From positions 7,378,001 to 7,442,000 of the forward strand of contig NW_027361702.1 of the NCBI RefSeq assembly GCF_039654945.1: a stretch of DNA of 64,000 nt. Reading direction: 5' to 3'. Source of the DNA: Dendrobates tinctorius (Eukaryota). Within the stretch, counting starts at the first letter, position 1. Every line of letters starts with the position of its first letter. The position numbers and the translations under genes are program-made. The notes under the pieces were generated by a model. It had not been told where the DNA came from. It saw only the letters and a program-made list of their open reading frames with translations, and searched no databases. Below are positions 44,861 to 57,422 of this stretch, one piece after another.

Positions 44861-47727
44861 CCATACACAGAAATGTCATAGGTATACTCACACTTGGTAA
44901 AGCTGGTACTGGCAGGCCTCTTGATAGCTGTGGCTGCAGGCTTGGTGGGTGTCTGGCAGGCTGGGTGGTCTGGCAGGCTTGGTGGCTGTCTTGCAGGCTT
45001 GGTGGCTGTCTTGCAGGCTTGGTGGTGGTCTGGCTGGCTTGCTGTCTGGCTGCTACTGCATGTCTGGGCCCAATTAGCCCATCTTATATAGTTTTGGGAC
45101 TGTCTGGAAAAGTATCTTTTTTTCTGGGCATGCGCAGTGCGATTTTGCGGATCCTGCCGGCGGATTCCGCAAAATGGCGGATCTCGGCGGATCCGCCGCC
45201 CATAGGGCCCCATTCTACCGCATGGCTGATGACGGCGGATCCGCCGTCATCCGCCATTTTGACGGCGAAAAAAAACGTTACATTCTCCGTCCCCCTCAGA
45301 CAGAATCCGCAAAGAATTTTGCGGATCCGCCGAATATCGGACGCAACGGACGACCATCCGTCAAAATCCGCCACTAATGTATCCCAATGGGGAAATTGGC
45401 GGATCCGCAACAAGAAAAAGCGGATCCGCCAATTTCAAATTTTGGCGGATTGTGACTGATGGCAAAAAACTGAAGTGTGAAAGAGGCCTAAGTAAAAGGG
45501 TGTGAGACGGTCAAGCAAGTGTCCGCACGTAATCTAGTGGTTATGATGTAACTATACAGCTTGTGCATGGAGATGTCGAATAATACATGAGACTGGCAGC
45601 GGGATGTAAACTAGAATCTGTTCTGTAGTCTCACGAAAGATTTTCACACTTGGCTGTCGTGTGACTCAATCAAACTTAGATTTCTGCTCTGAAAGACAAG
45701 GATTATGAAGAAAAAAGTTGGAGGTAAGAGTGTGGGCCATTAGTGGGTAGAGTTAACTGGAAAGGTCTGATTTGAGCGCAGGGAGTCAGAACCAAGCTGG
45801 ATGCACTTTATCCTTCATTCACATCATGGTAGACGTGTACTCTGCTCAGCTGGTGCACAGGTTAGTCTAAAATGTGTGAAATGACTCGCAGTAAGTGCTT
45901 ATGCCATTTAAGCTGCTGCTATTCAATGGGATGATGCCTTGACATTCCCAGCATTGGATGTTTAGAACAGGGATGCACACTGTGTGCCTCACTGCTGTCT
46001 TGGGGATAACCACTCTTAAGATTGCCTGTCTTCAAGTGTGTTTTGATACTCCAGCATGTGCGTGTCCCTTTACAGAAGCAGCTGGCTAAACTTGTACTGT
46101 GTATCTAACAGTGGCAGCCCAGAAGTCAGCACTACTTCTAATGCTAAGAATACAGCCATCATATTGAAGATGGTTCACCAAGAAGACATTAATGTGTTGG
46201 TCACTTCCATGATGTCCAACTCTCTTGTGTTTGTGGCAGGGTAACACTCAAGGTTGCTTCCTCTGTCCCCTCCTGCCATCAGACAACAGAAGGTATCGTT
46301 ATCCTCTTCATCTCATAACTGTAGGACATCTATTACCTCGTCCTCCATTTGTTCCTTGGCTCCTGCACCTTCACACAGCAAGTTTTTCCTTTCCCCATGA
46401 CAGCACTGTATGAGAGATGGCATCTGCCCCCAGGAACAGGAAACCTGCAGCAGAGAGAAAAGAAGGGGGTGGCACCTCTCTCCTCAGTTTTGGTTTCCTG
46501 TTCCTGCGGCATGCTGAATACCTCCAGGGGGATCCCCCTCTAAGTCAAGTCCGGAGACTAAGGTCCGTGGTTTGGGGGCAGCTGGGCGCCCGGCGTCCTG
46601 GGAGCTGCCATGTGCTGCGCCTCAAAATTCCTCCCCCTGCTGGACTCCCTGGCAGCTGCTCCTGTCAGGAGGCTGGGCTGGGCAGGAGCGTGTCCATCAC
46701 AACGCTGGCACCAAGTGAATGGGACGGCTTCTGGTCACACTGGAAATGATGTCACACGCCGGGAGAGACTGTGTGCTGGACACTTAGGGGAGGGAGTTGC
46801 TCCAGGGGTGCGCACACAGCTCCTACCAGATAAGATAAAAAAAAAAAAAAAAGTGAGCAGTGGACAACAGCGGCAGCGGTTTCTCAAGAATGCATGGCGT
46901 ACCCGGCAGCGGAACCGCTCATACAGGATGAAGTGAACCCACAGGCTACTGTGGTACCCAGGGCTCTGGTGGGTAAGTGCCTTTGCAAGGCAAAACATGT
47001 CGGTAATAATGGCTTCTGTCATGTTTTTTTGTTTAGGGGAAAAAGTCCATGTCAAAACAGGGAATGTGAACTGTGTAGGAAAATCCTCCCTAGAACATAT
47101 GACAAACGAATCTGTCGTTCGTGTAGTAACAAAACGGTGGCCGAGGAGTCAGTCTTTACTCCAAAGCATAAAATCTATTTTCCAGGACGTCCCCCTGACA
47201 GCACCATGGAGGATGTACTCCTCCTCCTTACAGGGACAAGAAAGCACACAAGAGGTTAAAAGGCCCCATCCCACCCCCTTTCCCTCAGTGTCTTTCCTGT
47301 CCCTGCATGGAGGGACATACGAAAGGAAGATCAGGAAGCTTACCAGAGGTAACAGGGAGATCGGGCGGCCAGTCCAATTCTCTTCCCCCCCCCCCCCCCC
47401 CCCCCCCCCGTCAAGACGCCCAGGGCCGACACTTCCCGGTGGGGAGTCCCTCTGCCCCAAAGCCAGGAGCAGGACTTCGCTCCTGGAGGAAGCCGCTCCT
47501 CCCGGTGGGAGGCTCCAGGCCGGGTCACCGCAGGCAGTGGGCGATGCTGGCGTTACAGATCCCAGGCCGCGCAGCAGTGGCAGCTAGAAGCCGGGTCCCC
47601 ACAGTCAGTGGGGCAGGTGCCGGCTTTACAGAACGGCCTCGGGGCGTTAGGAACAGGGCAGGAAGCGGATGTGGTCGGCGCTATCGCGGGAGGACCCGCA
47701 GTGCGGGGGTGACGTCACGCGCCAACT

Positions 47728-50240
47728 TTGAATCAGCACGCTAGCAGCTCACTGCCCGCCAGCAGCAGATTTGGTGGTAATGGACCCAGAGGAGTAAGTG
47801 CGCCTGGCGCAATCCACCCCCCACACCGCTTTCCCCACAGCCCAGGACGTCTGATCCGACTATCCCTGTTCTGTATCATACAGGAGAAGGGAACCCCAGC
47901 CCCTCCGACAGAGTCTAAAGATCCAGCCAAAGCCACATCTAAATCTGTCAGATGCCCGGTATGCAGGGTAAAGCTGATGAAATCAGCCACCACTTTCCTT
48001 TCAGACACGTCAGCTGAATCAGTAAGATTTGCAGCCAGGAACAGCTCCCTTTCCAACGCAGCTCGGCGAGTGGTGTGGCTGATGTCCTGGTCGGGGGATA
48101 ATGCTTTGAAGGCGAAGCTTTGCTCCATCCCCTTTTCAGGCTCAAGGGTGTTCGGACCAGCTCTAGATAGCATCTTAGAGCAGGTGTCCGATAAAAATAG
48201 AGGGTTTCCAGAAGAAAAACCTAAGCGTCCCCAGTTCTTTCAGAGGGGGTCCTTTTTCAGGAGACAGACTGACTTTAGAAGCCAGGGTAGATCCAACAGG
48301 AGCTCCTATAGAAGCGTTCAGAGCCAAGGGTGGAGAAACAAAGCCCCTCTTTTTGCATCAACCTCCAGGTCTAAAGTAGAAGGCAATGACGCCATAGGTG
48401 TCGGGGGAAGACTGCGACACTTTGCAAAAAGATGGAGCCAGGTAACTCACAACCAGTGGGTCCTCAGAACCATTGCAGAAGGTTACAGCATAGAATGTTG
48501 CTCCCCTCCCCCTGACAGATACATTGCCCCCACCTTAGACCCAGAAGACTCTGCCATGTGGGTGGACCTACAGAACATGCTCAGGTTAGAGGTCATAGTG
48601 CCAGTTCCGCAGTCAGAGACGGGGAGGGGTCACTACTCCTCCCTGTTCTCCATTGCAAAGCCATCTGGCGAGGCCAGAACTATTATAAACTTAAAACCTC
48701 TAAATACCTGGGTGATATACAAGAGGTTTCAGATGGAATCAATACGGTCGGCAATTCCTCTCATAGGCAGGAATGCCGTCATGTGTACCCTCGACCTGAA
48801 GAGTGCGTACTATCAGGTCCCCATCCATCCCTCATCTCAGAGCTTGCTAAGATTCGCAATCAGACTACCGTCCCAGACCTCCCAGTTCCAGTGCCTTCCA
48901 TTCGGGCTGGCTTCGGCCCCCCCGAATATTTACAAAGCTGGTAGCGGAGGTGGTAGCCTACCTGAGAAATCAGGGGGTCATTATAATACCATACCTAGAC
49001 GACTTTCTCCTAGTTGCAAGGTCAGAAGAAAGGTTCATTCAGGACAGGAGCCGAACGATCAGAACATTGGAGTACCTCGGCTGGCTGATCAACGAACAGA
49101 AGTCAGACCTAAAGCCAGAATGCAGGAAAATCTTCCTAGGAGTCCTGCTAGATTCAAAAAGCAGAATATCCCTGCTACCAGGAAAAAAAGCAGCGGATCA
49201 TCCAGGACAGAGCCAAGAGCCTCCTGAAGCATTGCTCCTCCGTAAGAGAGGCAATGGAGGTCCTGGGCCTGATGACGGCTTGCATTCCGTGCGTCAGATG
49301 GGCTCAGTTCCATTCGAGGCCCCTGCAAAAGGAAATCCTCGCAAAATGGGACAGGCATCAGGTTTATCTCGACAGGCTCATGTTGTTCAGTGTTATGATT
49401 CGGTAAAAAGATCTATACAGTGGTGGATACAGCCCAGAAACTTACAGGTGGGCGTGCTATGGACAACCTCGCCGTACGTAGTAATCACCACAGACGCCAG
49501 TACGTGGGGATGGGGAGCCCACGTAGAAGGGAAAATCTTCCAGGGAAGATGGCAAGTCAGCATCAGAGACAGATCCTCCAACTTAGGGAACTCTATGCGG
49601 TCTGGGAAGCCCTGCCTCAGAACCGGTCGATAGTGAGAAATCGACACGTTCGAATATTGTCCGACAACATAACGGCAGTCTCATTCCTGAAGCACTAGGG
49701 AGGCCCGAGGCATCAACCGCTCCAGGCACTAGCAGAACGAATATTCTCTTGGGCAGAGGAAGTTGTCCTCTCGGTAACGGCAATTCACCTGGAGGGTTCT
49801 CAGAACGTGGTAGCAGACAGCAGGTCAGCCCGACAGAATGGGAACTGAACGAAGAGATCTTTCATCACCTGTGTCAGCATTGGGGAACCCCCAGTATAGA
49901 CCTATTCGCGAACCGAAAAAACTCAAAGGTCTTCAGATTCTACTCCCTGAACACGGCGGACCACCCGGACGGAGTGGATGCCCTGAGCCAGGCCTGGAAG
50001 GAACCCCTCTCGTACGCATTCCCACCACTGGCGCTTATACCGGCGGTACTCAGGAAGATCCGCGAGGACGATAATGATAGTGCCATACTGGCCAAGGAGA
50101 AGTTGGTTTCCCATGCTAGGGGCCCTGGCAGTAGGAAACCCAGTCGAGCTACCCCTGAAGGGAGACGTCATCCACCAGGGCCCGATCCGCCACCCAGATC
50201 CAGCAAAACTCCACCTCTCGGCATGGATTCTGAAAGGGGC
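47728..50240 (+). pseudogene. Inner DIRS ORF1 (internally deleted) plus RT, RNase H and MTase-like domain, frameshifted
   Basis: CPVC; VGGRL; LDLKSAYYQVPI; LPFGLASAP; PYLDD; TTDASTWGWG; SDNITAV; IDLFA...YAFPP. Confidence 0.9.
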
Positions 50241-51260
50241 ATCTTAAAAGCAAAGGGCTTATCTGATCAGGTCATATCTACTCTACTAGCCAGCAGGAAA
50301 CCGGTGACATCCGCAATCTACCGGAAGATATGGAAGAGATTCTGCCTGGAAGGTGGCAGGTCCGATCTCCTGGCAGGTACCCCCGACCTCCCTAGTGTCC
50401 TAGACTTTCTACAGTCGGGGTATAAGGGCCTTAAACCTAGCACGTTAAAGGTCCAGATTTCGGCCTTGAGCTCCTTCTTCGACTACCCTTTAGCTTTCCA
50501 TCCTTGGGTAGTAAGATTCATAAGGGAGACGCAGCGTCTTCGCCCCACAATTAGGCAGCTCACCCCGCCTTGGGACCTCGGCCTGGTACTCAGATCCTTA
50601 TGTAGGGACCCCTACATTCCTAGTGAAAGGATGACCATTTCAACTCTCACTCGGAAGACAGCTTTCCTGGTAGCCATTACCACGGCCAAAAGGATAGGGG
50701 AGATCCAGGCCCTGTCCACCAAAGATCCATATCTCCAGATCAGAGAAGATCATATAATCTTAAGACTAGATCCGGCGTTTATCCCCAAGGTAGCCTCTTA
50801 TCAGAATATAAATCAGGAGATAGTGTTACCATCCTTCTGCAGAAATCCCCGCAATGAAAAAGAACAGCGTCTCCACTCTCTAGACGTAAGACAGGCAGTT
50901 ATAAGCTATCTAGAGGCCACCAATGACTGGCGTATTGATCCAAACCTGTTCATCCTCTTTGGGGGTAAAAATAAGGGGAAAAAAGCCTCTAAGGCGTCCA
51001 TCGCAAGATGGATCACCTCCGGTAATTTCAGACGCCTACCAGTCGGAAGGCGCCAGCCCGCCAGATACCTTAAGGGCCCACTCTACCAGGGCGGTTTCGG
51101 CCTCCTGGGCCGAGCGCGCAGGCGCCTCAGTCGAACAAATTTGAGAGCAGCAACCTGGGCCAGCCTTAATACATTTTGCAAACGCTACAAGCTTGATGTG
51201 CTATCAGGCCAACATACTGCATTTGGGAGAAAAGTTCTCCAGGCAGTGATCCCACCCTGA
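50222..51260 (+). pseudogene. Inner DIRS tyrosine recombinase, compensating frameshifts near the C-terminus
   Basis: GLKPSTLKVQISALS, PPWDL, TTAKRIGEIQAL, LDVR, AHSTR (in the alternate frame, ORF 50923-51144), ATWASLNTFCKRYKLD. Confidence 0.9.
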
Positions 51261-53517
51261 GGAGGTGCTTTGGTACTCTCCTTGGTGCTGTCAGGGGGAC
51301 GTCCTGGAAAATAGGTACTAGACCTACCGGTAATGATGTTTCCAGGAGTCCATCCTGACAGCACGGGTAGTTCCCTCCCTGTTCTGTTATGTCATATGAT
51401 GTAATATGATGGTATCATTAAAAGAGTTATTGCATTATCCACGCTGTGGTACTTGTTAAATCACTGAGGGAAAGGGGGTGGGACGGGGCCTTTTAACCTC
51501 TCGTGTGCTTTCCTGTCCCTGTAAGGAGGAGGAGGACGTCCTCCATGGTGCTGTCAGGATGGACTCCTGGAAACATCATTACCGGTAGGTCTAATACCTA
51601 TTATTCGAGATGAAGTAAGGGAACAGATGAAGCGGCATACTGCACTCAATTCCAGGAAACCCACTCCTCCCCCCTCCTCCTACAGATATCCCAAGCCCTG
51701 ATGTAGACTTGGAGGAAGAGCCAGGAGAATTAGCCGCCTCGAATGACTCAGACCTGGACTCCTCGGACGAGGAATATGGCCACCCTTGTTTTTTATCCAA
51801 GGATATTGGAAAATTACTTTAGCTTGTCAGGTCTACTATGGGGGTCGAAACGCCCAGGGAGCAGCGAACGATTCAGGATTCCATGTTTAGTAACCTGGAG
51901 GGTAAAAATCGTAGCGTTTTTCCCTTTCATGATAATCTGCTGAATTTGATTAAAAGGGAGTGGAAAAATCCAAACAAAAAGATGTCCATCCCGCAGACAT
52001 TGAAACGCAAATACCCATTTGATGAGATCTGTGGAAAAATGGGAAAAGGTTCCTAGACTGGATGCTGCTATTACCAGTACCTCTAGAGGAATAGCTCTTC
52101 CATTTGAGGACATGGGTGCCATAAAAGATCCCCTCAACAAGAAAGCTGATGCCTTTCTAGAATCAGCTTGGGGAGGCATCAGCATGGTCATTCAAACCTG
52201 GGGTAGCCACCACTTGTACAGCTCGTGCTATGGTCAAGTGGTTAGAGGAGTTGAGTGACCAAATAGAAAAAAAACAAATGCTCGAGAGGCTACTGGAGAC
52301 AATACCTTCCTTTCAAACAGCGGCAGGTTTCCCAGGGGATGCCGCAGTTGACTCCGTCCGATGTGCCCACCCGTGCATGCGCCCTATCCAATTCAGGTCG
52401 CAGAGCACTGTAGTTGAAAGACTTTCAATCGAAAGTTAAGCTCTGTGCAGTCCCTTGTGAAGGACAATATCTCTCGGTCGTCCTTTCGAGGGTCAGGGAA
52501 TAGAGGAGGCCAGGGCCGCTCAGACGACAGGTCCATGCGAGGCAAACCCAGGACACAGGAAAGATAAAGGATTCCTCTTCAGTAAGCCTCCCCCTAAATC
52601 AGATTCCAAGCACCAATGACGCCAGAATTCCAGTGGTGGGGGGGTGACTTCTATATTTATTTATTTTTTTTTGTCCACCTGTGGTCAGCATTACCAGCCT
52701 CACAGTGGATAACTAACCTGTTTATCTGAAGGCCTGCGACTAAATTTCTTCAGCCCCCCCGCCACAGCAAGTGATAGTGACTCATGTGGCCAAGAAAAAT
52801 CAAGCCACACTAGAAAAAGTTCATCTCATACAGAAGGACATGCATCAGAAGAAAAAGAAGTGTGCAATATGGACGCGATCAACCCCAAAATCAAAGAAAT
52901 TCAATATACGATAATATATACCAATATATGAAAATGATCAATTTTTATTTATTTTCAGCACACAAAAGAGAAACACAGTGACAACAAGAAAAAAGATTAA
53001 AAACAATTAAAAGGCCAAGACAAATAGGCCATGAATGACACTCCAAGAAGAGGTTCTAAAGGAAGAACCTGGTAATTACCCCCTCCAAAATGCTGGGCTG
53101 GGCAAAGCCATGCAATATGATGATGCAAAAATTGCAGATACACACATAAAGTAGAGCCTGCATAAATCATGTGTTAAATGCAGTAATATATCAAAGCAAG
53201 GTATGAACAATAATATACAGGACAAAACAGTATGTAAACCATGTAGACTAATCAAAATGGACCTAAGAGCAAATAAACATGGATACATGTACCCCCATAA
53301 TTGTGACAAAGTTACCACAGTATAATAATGTATAACCTAATGCATGGTTTGCAGTTCCCAAAAAGGAAAAGGGGGGTCCATGGAATATATCAAGGTAGAG
53401 CATAAATAATATTGCACAGAAAAAACTGCACACAAACCAATCGGAAATGCCTAATTGTAGATAGCCATAGATGCAGAACCCCTTATTCGGGACAATAATT
53501 GGCACAATAAAATGGCA

Positions 53518-53815
53518 TGTAGCCCAATAGAAGGTCTGCAATTTGCTAGATAAGTTCATAGAATAAGGTGACTCAAAAAGAATCTCCTAAATTTTTCCAG
53601 TAGCATGATGGATATGTTTTTTGCTGGCATTTGCTTTACAGGCATGCCTCCTGTTAGGAGGATTACCTACCCCCTTTTACATGGGTTCTAGTGAATCAGG
53701 TGCATTTATATTCTCTTTTTGTTTGCATGCTACTGGATTTATTTAGGAGATTCTTTTTGAGTCACCTTATTCTATGAACTTATCTAGCAAATTGCAGACC
53801 TAGTATTGGGCTACA
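53518..53815. repeat. 90-bp inverted repeat with 118-bp spacer
   Basis: Arms 53518-53607 and 53726-53815 are near-perfect reverse complements. Confidence 0.9.
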
Positions 53816-56613
53816 AGGGGCTACAAGGGCAACATCCCTGATGGCAGACGCCAAAGAACTGTTCATATGGGCAGAAAGCAATCTTGTCCCTGTCAAGCAC
53901 ACACTTGAAAGGGGTGGACAATCTTGTGGCATATTTCTTAAGCCGTCACATCAGGGAGAATGGTCCCTGAATCCGGAAATATTTGGGAAAATTTGTGCCA
54001 TCTGGGGCACACCAGAAGTGGATCTGTTTGCCACAAAAGAAAACTGGAAGGTAAACAGGTTCTACTCCCTAAACCCAAGAGAACACCTGGAAGGAGTGGA
54101 TGCACTACTGCACCGCTGGAAGTTTTGTCTAGCTTATGCGTTTCCCCCGGTTCTGTTGATCCCGATGGTCCTGAAGAAAATTTGGGAGGACAAGACACGA
54201 ATAATCCTTGTTGCACCCTTTTGGTCAAAAAGGGCATGGTTCACATGGCTCATACGCATGTCTAGCTCAGACGCATGTCTATCTCAGACCCATGGATCCT
54301 TCCGGATATCCCAAATCTCCTACACCAGGGTCCAGTAGTGCATCCTCAGGTGCACAGACTCCATCTCACTGCTTGGAACTTGAGAGGGGACTCCTACTAG
54401 CGAAAGGATTCTCAGGCCCTTTAGTGACCACTTTGCTCGCTAGCAGGAAAAAGATCACATCGATATATACCAAAAAATCTGGGAAAGATTCCTGAAATTT
54501 TCGGGACTGCAGCTGACCGATACAATCCAAGAAGTCCCAATAAATGAAGTTCTAGAGGTCCTCCAAAGGGGACTGGAGAGAGGATTATCGACTAGCACCC
54601 TAAAAGTGCAAGTGTCTGCCCTGGGTACGCTTGACCAAAAACTCGCTGATCACCCTTGGGTCTATAGGCTCATTCGAGCCTCCTTTACAGAAAGACCCTC
54701 GAAATCACTACCTAAGATAGCTCCCTGGGATCTAAATTTACTTTTAAATGCCCTAATTTCTCCTCCTTTCGAGCCTTTTACTTCCATTTCAATAAAGGCC
54801 TTGACACTGAAGACAGTTCTCCTGGTTGTCCTGACCTCAGCTTGACGTATCTGTGAGCTGCAAGCTATCTCAGTAAACTCCCCCATATACTACCTTTTTG
54901 GATGACAGAGTATTTATAAAGACTGACCCGGCCTTCCTTCTGAAGGTCAATTCAAAATTTCACAGGGACCAGGAAATAATTTTGCCCTCGTTTTGTGCTA
55001 ACCCAAAATCCCAGGGAAAGCAAACCTTACATTGTCTAGATGTCAGACGTCGCCTACTCCACTATATAGAAGTCTCCTTCCAGGGGACAAACAGGGGAAA
55101 AAGGCCTAAAAATTGACTATGGCATGGTGGCTTCATATGGCTATTTCACTTTCATACTCTTCTTCTGGACGAGCTCCTCCACTGGGTGTAAAGGCTCACT
55201 CTACATGGGCCATTGCCACATCCTGGTCTGAAAGGGCGAATGCGTCTGTAGAACAGATTTGCAGAGCAGCGGTATGGTCTTCACCCTCCACTTTCTTCTG
55301 TCATTATAGGCTAGATCTAGGACTGTCAAATCTTGCCTTTGGGAGAAAGGTGTTATCTGCTGTTGTCCCACCTTAGGAGTCTCTATTTCTTCCTCTCATG
55401 TACAGTGCTGCTGTCATGGGGAAGGGAAAAAATGATAATTACTTACCGGTAATTTGATTTTCCAGATCCATGACAGCACGGCATTAATTCCCACCCTATC
55501 TTGGTGATGGTTGTGTGATGCACAAAAAAAAAGGATAAGAGTGACTTTGTCAAAGTGAATGTAATATTCACATGTGAACTAATATGGCGGTTACCTTGCA
55601 TACTCTGAAACAAACTGAGGAGAGAGGTGCCGCCCCCTTTTATCTCTGCTGCAGGTTTCCTGTTCCTGGGGGCGGATGCCATCTCTCATGTACGGTGCTG
55701 TCATGGATCAGGAAAATCAAATTAACGGTAAGTAATTATCATTTTTCTGCAGCAGTGCATCCAGGCCGGGATAGTGGCGGAAAATTGTTGTATCACCGGG
55801 TTGAGGATGTGAGCCATGCAAGGCACGTGAGAGGTTGCCCCAGCGTAGGGCCGCCACCAGGTTTGCGCACAGCCTTCCCTTGCACTAGGTTCAGTAGACA
55901 GCCATTGCTCTAACACAACCTGAATAGCTGTGCACAAATCTTGAGCAGTATGATGGCGATCTCCAAGGCATATTAATTTGAACACTGCCTGATTGCCGTG
56001 AGACATGGCTGCACAGTATGGAGAAGGGGGATTCTATCTGTACTATTGGAGCGCATGTCTGAGTAAGTGAGAGGTTGAAGCCACATATGGAGGCCCTAGT
56101 GCAGGTGGAGGAACTGTTATACAGAGGTTTGTCCAGCAAACCTTGGGGATTCAAAGACTTGTGGAGCAGCCCCTTGACCGTCTGCCACCAGTGCCCAGTC
56201 AGTGAGATGTAACTCCCCTGCCCATGTTTGTTCGTCCAGGTGTCATTGGTGAAATGCACCCTGACAGAAATTGATTTTTTTTTTTCAGGGAACGGGTGAT
56301 GTCTGCGACATGCTGGTGTAGCGTAGACAAAGCTTTCTTAGAGAAGTAATGTAAACTAGGCAACTGGTATTGGGGAACTATGACGGCAAAAAGTTGTGGC
56401 TGAGGATGCAGTGCTTGTCGTGGTTCACCACAGTCAGTTGGGCGTTTTGGAAATTTTTTATGCAGAGGGAAACAAGGGTGATTGGGGTGCCACCTCTGAG
56501 GATTGTACTGTGTGTGATGTTAAGGTGGAAGAAGAGGAGGAGAGGCCACTTGATGCAGCACTTGCCATCCATTGGAGCGCATTCTCTTTCTGAGCCACAT
56601 TTACAAGGCGTAC

Positions 56614-57422
56614 TGTTATGATTGAGTCACCGAAGAGGAAAAAGCAAAACACAAGCTCAGCCCAGAAAAACAGAGGATGGAAACTAGCGGATTGCAGACC
56701 CCCCTAATCCTATCACACCACTAGCAGTAGCCGTGGAGTGTTCCTACGGTGATCCTAGACACCTCGTCACAGCCGGAGATCTACATAAGCCTAAAGAGAG
56801 AAAAGGGAAAAACTGACTGCCCCAGAGCAGACCCCAAGCAATAGGCAGCCCCAACATATAATGACGGTGAAGCAAGATGAAAACACTTAACACAGATAGA
56901 AAGATAGGTTGAGCAAACGATGGGGCCCAAGCTAACTAAAAAGGACAGGATAGAAAAGCTGCTGTCTGCAATCCGAGAAAACCCTGCTAAAAAATATTAC
57001 CATCACAACTGAAGCAAAAAGGACCCTGAAGTCACTAGACTTCAAACCCTATTTCAGCACTCAGAATATTCTGGAAGCAGAGCAAAAGAGAACACTGATC
57101 AAGGAAAAAGAATCCATCACACCCCCGGCCGGGGATGGCTGAACTCCAAAAAGCAAGGTAAACAAAACCAAAACTAATAAGTTCAATAGCAGAGCAAAAA
57201 CTTATCTTTGGAAGCAGGAATCAGACTGGTCTCCAAGAATCCAGCAGAGAAATCACCAGCAACTCAGAAGGGCGTCGGCTGCCTTATATCCAGTCAGAAG
57301 TTCCCGTTACCCAGTCACCATCCACCTGATCAGGTGTTTGGTAATCAGCCTCACTACCTTCTTTCACCAGAAGAGGGAGATCCTCGGACACAAAAGATGA
57401 ATGAACAGATGAGCTCACAACA
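56614..57422. mobile_element. Solo LTR
   Basis: TGTTATGA...TCACAACA termini, 809 bp, perfect TSD GCGTAC. Confidence 0.85.

Larger units (their letters stand above)
37187..45488 (+). mobile_element. Full-length PIF/Harbinger transposon, 8302 bp, two convergent genes
   Basis: TAA TSD (37184-37186, 45489-45491); long TIR GGCCTCTTTCACACTTCAGTTTTTTGCCATCAGTCA..., perfect over the first 36 bp; encodes a transposase and a MADF protein. Confidence 0.97.
47175..51602 (+). mobile_element. Inner DIRS element nested in ORF1 of the outer DIRS
   Basis: Left ITR 47180-47290, right ITR ~51462-51602, ICR ~51283-51364; CTATT at both junctions. Confidence 0.95.
46383..55746 (+). mobile_element. Outer DIRS element, both ends and ICR present, coding region decayed
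   Basis: Left ITR 46383-~46490, right ITR ~55610-55746, ICR ~55392-55480 complementary to both termini. Remnants: ORF1 (RECELC, KREWK...KRKYPF, VPRLDAA), MTase-like (PEVDLFA...YAFPP) and YR (AHSTW...HYRLD). RT/RH is largely missing. Confidence 0.93.

Noticed and set aside
47728-49227. Novel 499-aa Gag-RT fusion protein
   Set aside because: ORF1 is internally deleted, the ORF starts at TTG and shifts out of frame before YLDD; best explained by decay of a single copy.
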